From Eledone cirrhosa (Eukaryota): a stretch of 64,000 nucleotides of DNA. Location of the stretch: contig CAXHJY010000488.1 of assembly GCA_964016885.1 (NCBI GenBank), forward strand, positions 1 through 64,000, given 5' to 3'. Below the pieces are notes generated by a model. It was not told the origin of the DNA, did not search any database, and worked only from the letters and a program-made list of their open reading frames with translations. Shown here in pieces: positions 36,410 through 51,300 of the stretch (within the stretch, counting starts at the first letter, position 1; the number at the start of each line of letters is the position of its first letter). The translations under genes were made by a program, and so were the position numbers.

Positions 36410-36697
36410 AAGAAGTAAGTGACATAGTTACTACTTTAAAATAATAGCGCAAGGTCTTCAAAATGTTTTTAATTAAACATACAGTATATTGCCATATATA
36501 CTATACATACATTCATCGCTATTTCAGAGCACCAATCCTAATTTTCAATATATGCATATATATAAGATATATATATAAGATAGTAATGAATGACTATCTT
36601 TCACTATTTGGGGTTTATATAAAAAATATATAACCATAAAAGGTTTTATTATATACATAACCATAAATAGTATCCTTAATACTAAATATATATATGT

Positions 36698-36787
<90 letters not shown>

Positions 36788-36882
36788 AATGTAAAAGATA
36801 AACTAAACAGAAATTACAACACAACCGGTACAGCATATGGAAGGAATATATTAGGTTAACGCTTGTTATAGCAGGAAGATGG

Positions 36883-36918
36883 TCTTAACGTTTCGGACGC
36901 TAGTCCTTCATCAGAAGA
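36883..36918 (-). ncRNA. Minimal PLE-type hammerhead
   Basis: UCUU-CUGAUGA-A-GGAC(UAGC)GUCC-GAA-ACGU-U-AAGA; palindromic ACGU stem III; lies in a ~225-bp island between (TA)n runs. Confidence 0.75.
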
Positions 36919-37139
36919 AAAAATGAGAAATAAAATAGATTGAGGGGACAGGCGGGATGGAATTGGAAAAAATGTCTTTATATAAAATAACAGGTCCATT
37001 CATGTTGACATATATATATATATATATTGAAAAATGTGTGAGATCCTTGCTACAGTTAGGTATATTTGAAAAAAAGGAAAAGAATGACTTTACTCGTAGT
37101 TCTAAATAATTTGATTTAATTTTATAATATTATAATATT

Positions 37140-37450
37140 ATTAGCAGTGGTACCCGGCGTTGCACGGGATAAGGTATTTTGGAACGTGGGCCGCCAACAG
37201 ACCTAATCGTGGAAAATCTGCATGCCTGGACAATATGTAAAGAAAATAAACCAAATATTCTGATGGCTGGATAATCTTTAAGATTTCCCTCGATGAAGCA
37301 GGAAAAATGCAGGTTTTCACCTAATGCGGGCCCTAGGGGATCAAGAAAATGAATTTGTTCTATGTGCATAACATGCCTTGACATTTCGGGTAAATATATA
37401 CACATATACATATATATACACATACATAAATACATAAATATATAATGATA
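37140..37450 (+). mobile_element. Possible non-autonomous Helitron/Helentron-like element
   Basis: Subterminal hairpin TAGCAGTGGTACCCGGCGTTGCACGGG and TACA-type repeat near the other end; motif recall only. Confidence 0.3.
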
Positions 37451-37768
37451 TAAATGTTTACTAGGACAATACTGTAACGAACTATGAATTCTTATATTCT
37501 ATACAGATTGTGTGTTGTTAAAGTTTGAGATGTTCAGGATATGTTACAAGTTTGTGTGACTGGGCGTAGCCCAAATGTGCACCAATCTCTATAATCGGAC
37601 AAGCGATTGCAGTACTCTTAGCAGTACTCAACCAGCTTGGTATATTTATGTCTCAATTAACAGTTGGCTTTCTCGCAGCATTTATTTTATAATAAAACAG
37701 TCAAGTGGATATTGAATCAGAGATTCTGTCGACTGTTGTGAATGTTGAAGTGGTTTGTTTATGTCTTC

Positions 37769-37864
<96 letters not shown>

Positions 37865-37866
<2 letters not shown>

Positions 37867-38492
37867 AATATCTTTAAGTCGTTTGGAAGCCTCGACAATG
37901 CAAATGGGTAAATCTCCGGGTAACAAGGTCCGGTGGTGGAGAGAGAGATGTAAGTGGGTGTACGTTGAGATGCGTGGTGTGTATAAGATGTGTGAGATGT
38001 GTAGAATGAAGGGAAGAGTATAAAGGATAAAATTAAAATAACAACACAAGAGAGAGTTACCTTGGGAGAGATTTAATAGTCCCTATATATTTCGGATTCA
38101 CATCCATCAACTGGGGTTTTTGATATTCAAAACAACAAACAGCGAAGGACGCGTTCCGGACTTATCCGACAGAAACCTTTTCCCCCACCCCGGAAAAAAA
38201 CCCCAGTTGATGGATGTGAATCCGAAATATATAGGGACTATTAGATCTCTCCCAAGGTAACTCTCTCTTGTGTTGTTATTTTAATTTTATCCTTTATACT
38301 CTTTCCTTCATTCTACACATCTCACACATCTTATACACACCACGCATCTCAACGTACACCCACTTACATCTCACTCTCCACCACCGGACCTTGTTACCCG
38401 GAGATTTACCCATTTGCATTGTCGAGGCTTCCAAACGACTTAAAGATATTTACTTATTGTTCCACAATGCTTCAAGCAAACTTCAATACTCT

Positions 38493-38495
<3 letters not shown>
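37865..38495. mobile_element. Fold-back element: ~255-bp arms (37865-38120 / 38196-38452), ~75-bp spacer, ~43-nt right-arm extension, (TA)n flanks
   Basis: Near-perfect inverted arms; hammerhead-like motif at each inner end (38081-38116 minus, 38201-38236 plus). Confidence 0.78.
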
Positions 38496-38535
<40 letters not shown>

Positions 38536-38539
<4 letters not shown>

Positions 38540-38813
38540 AATGAATAATAACAGGTAGACATCATAAAAAGGTAATTTATTCCGTGTGCTTACAAGTGTT
38601 TCCACGGTGGTACTGCAGCCGTTATGCTACGTGCAAATTCACAAGTACTTGCAGAACTCAAATATCCAATGCTGTGACCACTGTTTCCTCAGAGGAAACA
38701 GTGGTCACAGCATTGGATAACTAGCATAACTAGGCTGCAGTACCACCGTGGAAACACTTGTAAGCACACGGAATAAATTACCTTTTTATGATGTCTACCT
38801 GTTATTATTCATT

Positions 38814-38817
<4 letters not shown>
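38536..38817. mobile_element. Small fold-back element centred at ~38691 between (TA)n runs
   Basis: Inverted arms with centre CCACTGTTTCC-TCAGA-GGAAACAGTGG; the minus strand carries CUGAGGA...GAAACACUUGUA. Confidence 0.75.
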
Positions 38818-38894
<77 letters not shown>

Positions 38895-39095
38895 TATATA
38901 TATAGTGTATGTTGTAACGTCATTGGTGCCAAGCTGTATCAGCCATTTCCTTTCCCTTGGACAGCATCGGTGGCGTGGAGAGGGCAGACTGGTATGAAAT
39001 ATATATATGTGTGTGTGTATATATGTATATACATATATATATATATATACATTATATATATATATATATATACAAATACATACATATATATATAC

Positions 39096-39126
<31 letters not shown>

Positions 39127-39366
39127 TACATACACATATATATATGTATATATATACATATATATATATATACATACATACATACATACATATATATATA
39201 TATATACATACATTACACACACAAACACACACACACACACACATGTATATATATATGGTGTTGTATGAACGCACATGCATCTCTGTGTACGCGTCAGTGC
39301 GTGTGCGTTTACACGTGTGCATGTGTGTGCGTGTATATCTGTGTAACCAGAACGACTTTCACTTTC

Positions 39367-42300
39367 TTTGATATGGCAGTCATCTTTGATATGGCAGTCA
39401 TCTTTGATATGGCAGTCATGTTTGATATGGCAGTCATCTTTGATATGGCAGTCATGTTTGATATGGCAGTCATCTTTGATATGGCAGTCATATTTGATAT
39501 GGCAGTCATCTTTGATATGGCAGTCATGTTTGATATGGCAGTCATGTTTGATATGGCAGTCATCTTTGATATGGCAGTCATCTTTGATATGGCAGTCATG
39601 TTTGATATGGCAGTCATGTTTGATATGGAAGTCATGTTTGATATGGCAGTCATGTCTGATATGGCAGTCATGTTTGATATGGCAGTCATGTTTGATATGG
39701 CAGTCATCTTTGATATGGCAGTCATATTTGATATGGCAGTCATGTTTGATATGGCAGTCATGTTTGATATGGCAGTCATGTTTGATATGGCAGTCATGTT
39801 TGATATGGCAGTCATCTTTGATATGGCAGTCATGTTTGATATGGCAGTCATCTTTGATATGGCAGTCATGTTTGATATGGCAGTCATCTTTGATATGGCA
39901 GTCATCTTTGATATGGCAGTCATGTTTGATATGGCAGTCATGTTTGATATGGCAGTCATGTTTGATATGGCAGTCATGTTTGATATGGAAGTCATGTTTG
40001 ATATGGCAGTCATGTTTGATATGGCAGTCATGTTTGATCGGGCAGTCATGTTTGATATGGCAGTCATGTTTGATATGGCAGTCATCTTTGATATGGCAGT
40101 CATGTTTGATATGGCAGTCATGTTTGATATGGAAGTCATGTTTGATATGGCAGTCATGTTTGATATGGCAGTCATGTTTGATATGGCAGTCATTTTTTGA
40201 TATGGCAGTCATCTTTGATATGGCAGTCATGTTTGATATGGCAGTCATCTTTGATATGGCAGTCATGTTTGATATGGCAGTCATCTTTGATATGGCAGTC
40301 ATCTTTGATATGGCAGTCATCTTTGATATGGCAGTCATCTTTGATATAGCAGTCATGTTTGATATGGCAGACATGTTTGATATGGCAGTCATCTTTGATA
40401 TGGCAGTCATGTTTGATATGGCAGTCATCTTTGATATGGCAGTCATGTTTGATATGGCAGTCATCTTTGATATGGCAGTCATGTTTGATATGGCAGTCAT
40501 GTTTGATATGGCAGTCATCTTTGATATGGCAGTCATGTTTGATATGGCAGTCATGTTTGATATGGCAGTCATGTTTGATATGGCAGTCATGTTTGATATG
40601 GAAGTCATGTTTGATATGGCAGTCATGTTTGATATGGCAGTCATGTTTGATCGGGCAGTCATGTTTGATATGGCAGTCATCTTTGATATGGCAGTCATGT
40701 TTGATATGGCAGTCATGTTTGATATGGAAGTCATCTTTGATATGGCAGTCATCTTTGATATGGCAGTCATGTTTGATATGGCAGTCATTTTTTGATATGG
40801 CAGTCATCTTTGATATGGCAGTCATGTTTGATATGGCAGTCATCTTTGATATGGCAGTCATCTTTGATATGGCAGTCATGTTTGATATGGCAGTCATCTT
40901 TGATATGGCAGTCATGTTTGATATGGCAGTCATCTTTGATATGGCAGTCATCTTTGATATGGCAGTCATCTTTGATATGGCAGTCATCTTTGATATGGCA
41001 GTCATGTTTGATATGGCAGACATGTTTGATATGGCAGTCATCTTTGATATGGCAGTCATCTTTGATATGGCAGTCATGTTTGATATGGAAGTCATCTTTG
41101 ATATGGCAGTCATCTTTGATATGGCAGTCATCTTTGATATGGCAGTCATCTTTGATATGGCAGTCATGTTTGATATGGCAGTCATCTTTGATATGGCAGT
41201 CATGTTTGATATGGCAGTCATCTTTGATATGGCAGTCATGTTTGATATGGCAGACATGTTTGATATGGAAGTCATCTTTGATATGGCAGTCATCTTTGAT
41301 ATGGCAGTCATCTTTGATATGGCAGTCATGTTTGATATGGCAGTCATGTTTGATATGGCAGTCATTTTTTGATATGGCAGTCATCTTTGATATGGCAGTC
41401 ATGTTTGATATGGCAGTCATCTTTGATATGGCAGTCATCTTTGATATGGCAGTCATGTTTGATATGGCAGTCATCTTTGATATGGCAGTCATGTTTGATA
41501 TGGCAGTCATCTTTGATATGGCAGTCATCTTTGATATGGCAGTCATCTTTGATATGGCAGTCATCTTTGATATGGCAGTCATGTTTGATATGGCAGACAT
41601 GTTTGATATGGCAGTCATCTTTGATATGGCAGTCATCTTTGATATGGCAGTCATGTTTGATATGGAAGTCATCTTTGATATGGCAGTCATCTTTGATATG
41701 GCAGTCATCTTTGATATGGCAGTCATCTTTGATATGGCAGTCATGTTTGATATGGCAGTCATCTTTGATATGGCAGTCATGTTTGATATGGCAGTCATCT
41801 TTGATATGGCAGTCATGTTTGATATGGCAGACATGTTTGATATGGCAGTCATCTTTGATATGGCAGTCATCTTTGATATGGCAGTCATGTTTGATATGGA
41901 AGTCATGTTTGATATGGAAGTCATCTTTGATACGGCAGTCATCTTTGATATGGCAGTCATCTTTGATATGGCAGTCATTTTTGATCTGGCAGTCATGTTT
42001 GATATGGAAGTCATCTTTGATATGGCAGTCATGTTTGATATGGCAGTCATGTTTGATATGGCAGTCATGTTTGATATGGCAGTCATGTTTGATATGGCAG
42101 TCATCTTTGATATGGCAGTCATCTTTGATATGGCAGTCATGTTTGATATGGCAGTCATGTTTGATATGGAAGTCATGTTTGATATGGCAGTCATGTTTGA
42201 TATGGCAGTCATCTTTGATATGGCAGTCATCTTTGATATGGCAGTCATGTTGGATATGGAAGTCATCTTAGATATGGCAGTCATCTTTGATATGGCAGTC

Positions 42301-45300
42301 ATGTTTGATATGGCAGTCATGTTTGATACGGCAGTCATCTTTGATATGGCAGTCATGTTTGATATGGCAGTCATGTTTGATATGGCAGTCATGTTTGATA
42401 TGGCAGTCATGTTTGATATGGCAGTCATGTTTGATATGGCAGTCACCTTTGATATGGCAGTCATCTTTGATATGGCAGTCATGTTTGATATGGAAGTCAT
42501 CTTTGATATGGCAGTCATCTTTGATATGGCAGTCATCTTTGATATGGCAGTCATCTTTGATATGGCAGTCATCTTTGATATGGCAGTCATGTTTGATATG
42601 GAAGTCATCTTTGATATGGCAGTCATCTTTGATATGGCAGTCATCTTTGATATGGCAGTCATGTTTGATATGGCAGTCATGTTTGATATGGCAGTCATCT
42701 TTGATATGGCAGTCATCTTTGATATGGCAGTCATGTTTGATATGGCAGTCATGTTTGATATGGAAGTCATGTTTGATATGGCAGTCATGTCTGATATGGC
42801 AGTCATGTTTGATATGGCAGTCATGTTTGATATGGCAGTCATCTTTGATATGGCAGTCATCTTTGATATGGCAGTCATGTTTGATATGGCAGTCATGTTT
42901 GATATGGCAGTCATGTTTGATAGGGAAGTCATCTTAGATATGGCAGTCATCTTTGATATGGCAGTCATGTTTGATATGGCAGTCATGTTTGATATGGCAG
43001 TCATGTTTGATATGGCAGTCATCTTTGATATGGCAGTCATCTTTGATATGGCAGTCATGTTTGATATGGCAGTCATGTTTGATATGGAAGTCATGTTTGA
43101 TATGGCAGTCATGTTTGATATGGTAGTCATCTTTGATATGGCAGTCATCTTTGATATGGCAGTCATCTTTGATATGGCAGTCATGTTTGATATTGCAGTC
43201 ATCTTTGATATGGCAGTCATGTTTGATATGGCAGTCATCTTTGATATGGCAGTCATGTTTGATATGGCAGTCATCTTTGATATGGCAGTCATCTTTGATA
43301 TGGCAGTCATCTTTGATATGGCAGTCATGTTTGATATGGCAGTCATCTTTGATATGGCAGTCATCTTTGATATGGCAGTCATCTTTGATATGGCAGTCAT
43401 GTTTGATATGGCAGTCATGTTTGATATGGCAGTCATGTTTGATATGGAAGTCATGTTTGATATGGCAGTAATGTTTGATATGGCAGTCATGTTTGATAGG
43501 GCAGTCATGTTTGATATGGCAGTCATGTTTGATATGGCAGTCATCTTTGATATGGCAGTCATGTTTGATATGGCAGTCATGTTTGATATGGAAGTCATGT
43601 TTGATATGGCAGTCATGTTTGATATGGCAGTCATGTTTGATATGGCAGTCATTTTTTGATATGGCAGTCATCTTTGATATGGCAGTCATGTTTGATATGG
43701 CAGTCATCTTTGATATGGCAGTTATCTTTGATATGGCAGTCATGTTTGATATGGCAGTCATCTTTGATATGGCAGTCATGTTTGATATGGCAGTCATGTT
43801 TGATATGGCAGACATGTTTGATATGGCAGTCATCTTTGATATGGCAGTCATCTTTGATATGGCAGTCATGTTTGATATGGAAGTCATCTTTGATATGGCA
43901 GTCATCTTTGATATGGCAGTCATCTTTGATATGGCAGTCATGTTTGATATGGCAGTCATGTTTGATATGGCAGTCATGTTTGATATGGAAGTCATCTTTG
44001 ATATGGCAGTCATGTTTGATATGGCAGTCATGTTTGATATGGCAGTCATCTTTGATATGGCAGTCATGTTTGATAGGGAAGTCATGTTTGATATGGAAGT
44101 CTTCTTTGATTCGGCAGTCAACTTTGATATGGCAGTCATCTTTGATATGGCAGTCATCTTTGATATGGCAGTCATGTTTAATATGGCAGTCATGTTTGAT
44201 ATGGCAGTCATGTTTGATATGGAAGTCATCTTTGTTATGGCAGTCATGTTTGATATGGCAGTCATGTTTGATATGGCAGTCATGTTTGATATGGCAGTCA
44301 TGTTTGATATGGCAGTCATCTTTGATATGACAGTCATCTTTGATATGGCAGTCATGTTTGATATGGCAGTCATGTTTGATATGGATGTCATGTTTGATAT
44401 GGCAGTCATGTTTGATATGGCAGTCATGTTTGATATGGCAGTCATGTTTGATATGGCAGTCATGTTTGATATGGCAGTCATGTTTGATATGGCAGTCATG
44501 TTTGATATGGCAGTCATCTTTGATATGGCAGTCAAGTTTGATATGGCAGTCATCTTTGATATGGCAGTCATGTTTGATATGGCAGTCACCTTTGATATGG
44601 CAGTCATCGTTGATATGGCAGTCATGTTTGATATGCAAGTCATCTTTGATATGGCAGTCATCTTTGATATGGCAGTCATCTTTGATATGGCAGTCATCTT
44701 TGATATGGCAGTCATCTTTGATATGGCAGTCATGTTTGATATGGCAGTCATGTTTGATATGGCAGTCATGTTTGATATGGAAGTCATCTTTGATATGGCA
44801 GTCATGTTTGATATGGCAGTCATGTTTGATATGGCAGTCATGTTTGATATGGCAGTCATGTTTGATATGGCAGTCATCTTTGATATGGCAGTCATCTTTG
44901 ATATGGCAGTCATGTTTGATATGGCAGTCATCTTTGATATGGAAGTCATGTTTGATATGGCAGTCATGTCTGATATGGCAGTCATGTTTGATATGGCAGT
45001 CATGTTTGATATGGCAGTCATGTTTGATATGGCAGTCATCTTTGATATGGCAGTCATGTTTGATATGGCAGTCATGTTTGATATGGCAGTCATGTTTGAT
45101 ATGGAAGTCATCTTTGATATGGCAGTCATCTTTGATATGGCAGTCATGTTTGATATGGCAGTCATGTTTGATATGGCAGTCATGTTTGATATGGCAGTCA
45201 TCTTTGATATGGCAGTCATCTTTGATATGGCAGTCATGTTTGATATGGCAGTCATGTTTGATATGGAAGTCATGTTTGATATGGCAGTCATGTCTGATAT

Positions 45301-48300
45301 GGCAGTCATCTTTGATATGGCAGTCATGTTTGATATGGAAGTCATCTTTGATATGGCAGTCATCTTTGATATGGCAGTCATGTTTGATATGGCAGTCATG
45401 TTTGATATGGCAGTCATCTTTGATATGGCAGTCATCTTTGATATGGCAGTCATCTTTGATATGGAAGTCATCTTTCATATGGCAGTCATGTTTGATATGG
45501 CAGTCATGTTTGATATGGCAGTCATCTTTTATATGGCAGTCATGTTTGATATGGAAGTCATGTTTGATATGGCAGTCATCTTTGATATGGCAGTCATGTT
45601 TGATATGGAAGTCATCTTTGATATGGCAGCCATGTTTGATATGGCAGTCATCTTTGATATGGCAGTCATCTTTGATATGGCAGTCATCTTTGATATGGCA
45701 GTCATCTTTGATATGGCAGTCATGTTTGATATGGCAGTCATCTTTGATATGGCAGTCATGTTTGATATGGCAGTCATCTTTGATATGGCAGTCATGTTTG
45801 ATATGGCAGTCATCTTTGATATGGCAGTCATGTTTGATATGGCAGTCATGTTTGATATGGCAGTCATGTTTGATATGGAAGTCATCTTTGATATGGCAGT
45901 CGTCTTTGATATGGAAGTCATGTTTGATATGGCAGTCATGTTTGATATGGCAGTCATCTTTGATATGGCAGTCATGTTTGATATGGCAGTCATGTTTGAT
46001 ATGGCAGTCATGTTTGATATGGCAGTCATGTTTGATATGGCAGTCATCTTTGATATGGCAGTCATCTTTGATATTGCAGTCATGTTTGATATGGCAGTCA
46101 TGTTTGACATGGCAGTCATGTTTGATATGGCAGTTATGTTTGATATGGAAGTCATCTTTGATATGGCAGTCATCTTTGATATGGCAGTCTTGTTTGATAT
46201 GGCAGTCATGTTTGATATGGCAGTCATCTTTGATATGGCAGTCATCTTTGATATGGCAGTCATCTTTGATATGGAAGTCATCTTTGATATGGCAGTCATG
46301 TTTGATATGGCAGTCATGTTTGATATGGCAGTCATCTTTGATATGGCAGTCATGTTTGATATGGAAGTCATGTTTGATATGGCAGTCATGTTTGATATGG
46401 AAGTCATCTTTGATATGGCAGTCATCTTTGATATGGCAGTCATGTTTGATATGGCAGTCATCTTTGATATGGCAGTCATGTTTGATATGGCAGTCATCTT
46501 TGATATGGCAGTCATCTTTGATATGGCAGTCATGTTTGATATGGCAGTCATCTTTGATATGGCAGTCATGTTTGATATGGCAGTCATGTTTGATATGGCA
46601 GTCATGTTTGATATGGCAGTCACCTTTGATATGGCAGTCATCTTTGATATGGCAGTCATGTTTGATATGGAAGTCATCTTTGATATGGCAGTCATCTTTG
46701 ATATGGCAGTCATCTATGATATGGCAGTCATGTTTGATATGGCAGTCATGTTTGATATGGCAGTCATGTTTGATATGGAAGTCATCTTTGATATGGCAGT
46801 CATCTTTGATATGGCAGTCATGTTTGATATGGCAGACATGTTTGATATGGCAGTTATGTTTGATATGGCAGTCATCTTTGATATGGCAGTCATCTTTGAT
46901 ATGGCAGTCATGTTTGATATGGCAGTCATGTTTGATATGGAAGTCATGTTTGATATGGCAGTCATGTCTGATATGGCAGTCATGTTTGATATGGCAGTCA
47001 TGTTTGATATGGCAGTCATCTTTGATATGGGAGTCATCTTTGATATGGCAGTCATGTTTGATATGGCAGTCATCTTTGATATGGCAGTCATGTTTGATAT
47101 GGCAGTCATCTTTGATATGGCAGTCATCTTTGATATGGCAGTCATGTTTGATATGGCAGTCATGTTTGATATGGAAGTCATCTTTGATATGGCAGTCATC
47201 TTTGATATGGCAGTCATCTTTGATATGGCAGTCATGTTTGATATGGCAGTCATGTTTGATATGGCAGTTATGTTTGATATGGCAGTCATCTTTGATATGG
47301 CAGTCATCTTTGATATGGCAGTCATGTTTGATATGGCAGTCATGTTTGATATGGAAGTCATCTTTGATATGGCAGTCATCTTTGATATGGCAGTCATGTT
47401 TGATATGGCAGTGATGTTTGATATGGCAGTTATGTTTGATATGGCAGTCATCTTTGATATGGCAGTCATGTTTGATATGGCAGTCATGTTTGATATGGCA
47501 GTCATGTTTGATATGGAAGTCATGTTTGATGTGGCAGTCATGTCTGATATGGCAGTCATGTTTGATATGGCAGTCATGTTTGATATGGCAGTCATCTTTG
47601 ATATGGGAGTCATCTTTGATATGGCAGTCATGTTTGATATGGCAGTCATGTTTGATATGGCAGTCATGTTTGATATGGCAGTCATCTTTGATATTGCAGT
47701 CATCTTTGATATGGCAGTCATGTTTGATATGGCAGTCATGTTTGATATGGAAGTCATGTTTGATATGGCATTCATGTCTGATATGGCAGTCATCTTTGAT
47801 ATGGCAGTCATGTTTGATATGGAAGTCATCTTTGATATGGCAGTCATCTTTGATATGGCAGTCATGTTTGATATGGCAGTCATGTTTGATATGGCAGTCA
47901 TCTTTGATATGGCAGTCATCTTTGATATGGCAGTCATCTTTGATATGGAAGTCATCTTTCATATGGCAGTCATGTTTGATATGGCAGTCATGTTTGATAT
48001 GGCAGTCATCTTTTATATGGCAGTCATGTTTGATATGGAAGTCATGTTTGATATGGCAGTCATCTTTGATATGGCAGTCATGTTTGATATGGAAGTCATC
48101 TTTGATATAGCAGTCATGTTTGACATGGCAGTTATCTTTGATATGGCAGTCATCTTTGATATGGCAGTCATCTTTGCTATGGCAGTCATCTTTGATATGG
48201 CAGTCATGTTTGATATGGCAGTCATCTTTGATATGGCAGTCATCTTTGATATGGCAGTCATGTTTGATATGGCAGTCATGTTTGATATGGAAGTCATCTT

Positions 48301-51300
48301 TGATATGGCAGTCATCTTTGATATGGCAGTCATGTTTGATATGGCAGTCATGTTTGATATGGCAGTTATGTTTGATATGGCAGTCATCTTTGATATGGCA
48401 GTCATCTTTGATATGGCAGTCATGTTTGATATGGAAGTCATGTTTGATATGGCAGTCATCTTTGATATGGCAGTCATGTTTGATATGGAAGTCATCTTTG
48501 ATATGGCAGCCATGTTTGATATGGCAGTCATCTTTGATATGGCAGTCATCTTTGATATGGCAGTCATCTTTGATATGGCAGTCATCTTTGATATGGCAGT
48601 CATCTTTGATATGGCAGTCATCTTTGATATGGAAGTCATCTTTCATATGGCAGTCATGTTTGATATGGCAGTCATGTTTGATATGGCAGTCATCTTTTAT
48701 ATGGCAGTCATGTTTGATATGGAAGTCATGTTTGATATGGCAGTCATCTTTGATATGGCAGTCATGTTTGATATGGAAGTCATCTTTGATATGGCAGCCA
48801 TGTTTGATATGGCAGTCATCTTTGATATGGCAGTCATCTTTGATATGGCAGTCATCTTTGATATGGCAGTCATCTTTGATATGGCAGTCATGTTTGATAT
48901 GGCAGTCATCTTTGATATGGCAGTCATGTTTGATATGGCAGTCATCTTTGATATGGCAGTCATGTTTGATATGGCAGTCATCTTTGATATGGCAGTCATG
49001 TTTGATATGGCAGTCATGTTTGATATGGCAGTCATGTTTGATATGGAAGTCATCTTTGATATGGCAGTCGTCTTTGATATGGAAGTCATGTTTGATATGG
49101 CAGTCATGTTTGATATGGCAGTCATCTTTGATATGGCAGTCATGTTTGATATGGCAGTCATGTTTGATATGGCAGTCATCTTTGATATGGCAGTCATCTT
49201 TGATATTGCAGTCATGTTTGATATGGCAGTCATGTTTGACATGGCAGTCATGTTTGATATGGCAGTTATGTTTGATATGGAAGTCATCTTTGATATGGCA
49301 GTCATCTTTGATATGGCAGTCTTGTTTGATATGGCAGTCATGTTTGATATGGCAGTCATCTTTGATATGGCAGTCATCTTTGATATGGCAGTCATCTTTG
49401 ATATGGAAGTCATCTTTGATATGGCAGTCATGTTTGATATGGCAGTCATGTTTGATATGGCAGTCATCTTTGATATGGCAGTCATGTTTGATATGGAAGT
49501 CATGTTTGATATGGCAGTCATGTTTGATATGGAAGTCATCTTTGATATGGCAGTCATCTTTGATATGGCAGTCATGTTTGATATGGCAGTCATCTTTGAT
49601 ATGGCAGTCATGTTTGATATGGCAGTCATCTTTGATATGGCAGTCATCTTTGATATGGCAGTCATGTTTGATATGGCAGTCATCTTTGATATGGCAGTCA
49701 TGTTTGATATGGCAGTCATGTTTGATATGGCAGTCATGTTTGATATGGCAGTCACCTTTGATATGGCAGTCATCTTTGATATGGCAGTCATGTTTGATAT
49801 GGAAGTCATCTTTGATATGGCAGTCATCTTTGATATGGCAGTCATCTATGATATGGCAGTCATGTTTGATATGGCAGTCATGTTTGATATGGCAGTCATG
49901 TTTGATATGGAAGTCATCTTTGATATGGCAGTCATCTTTGATATGGCAGTCATGTTTGATATGGCAGACATGTTTGATATGGCAGTTATGTTTGATATGG
50001 CAGTCATCTTTGATATGGCAGTCATCTTTGATATGGCAGTCATCTTTGATATGGCAGTCATGTTTGATATGGAAGTCATGTTTGATATGGCAGTCATGTC
50101 TGATATGGCAGTCATGTTTGATATGGCAGTCATGTTTGATATGGCAGTCATCTTTGATATGGGAGTCATCTTTGATATGGCAGTCATGTTTGATATGGCA
50201 GTCATCTTTGATATGGCAGTCATGTTTGATATGGCAGTCATCTTTGATATGGCAGTCATCTTTGATATGGCAGTCATGTTTGATATGGCAGTCATGTTTG
50301 ATATGGAAGTCATCTTTGATATGGCAGTCATCTTTGATATGGCAGTCATCTTTGATATGGCAGTCATGTTTGATATGGCAGTCATGTTTGATATGGCAGT
50401 TATGTTTGATATGGCAGTCATCTTTGATATGGCAGTCATCTTTGATATGGCAGTCATGTTTGATATGGCAGTCATGTTTGATATGGAAGTCATCTTTGAT
50501 ATGGCAGTCATCTTTGATATGGCAGTCATGTTTGATATGGCAGTGATGTTTGATATGGCAGTTATGTTTGATATGGCAGTCATCTTTGATATGGCAGTCA
50601 TGTTTGATATGGCAGTCATGTTTGATATGGCAGTCATGTTTGATATGGAAGTCATGTTTGATGTGGCAGTCATGTCTGATATGGCAGTCATGTTTGATAT
50701 GGCAGTCATGTTTGATATGGCAGTCATCTTTGATATGGGAGTCATCTTTGATATGGCAGTCATGTTTGATATGGCAGTCATGTTTGATATGGCAGTCATG
50801 TTTGATATGGCAGTCATCTTTGATATTGCAGTCATCTTTGATATGGCAGTCATGTTTGATATGGCAGTCATGTTTGATATGGAAGTCATGTTTGATATGG
50901 CATTCATGTCTGATATGGCAGTCATCTTTGATATGGCAGTCATGTTTGATATGGAAGTCATCTTTGATATGGCAGTCATCTTTGATATGGCAGTCATGTT
51001 TGATATGGCAGTCATGTTTGATATGGCAGTCATCTTTGATATGGCAGTCATCTTTGATATGGCAGTCATCTTTGATATGGAAGTCATCTTTCATATGGCT
51101 GTCATGTTTGATATGGCAGTCATGTTTGATATGGCAGTCATCTTTTATATGGCAGTCATGTTTGATATGGAAGTCATGTTTGATATGGCAGTCATCTTTG
51201 ATATGGCAGTCATGTTTGATATGGAAGTCATCTTTGATATAGCAGTCATGTTTGACATGGCAGTTATCTTTGATATGGCAGTCATCTTTGATATGGCAGT

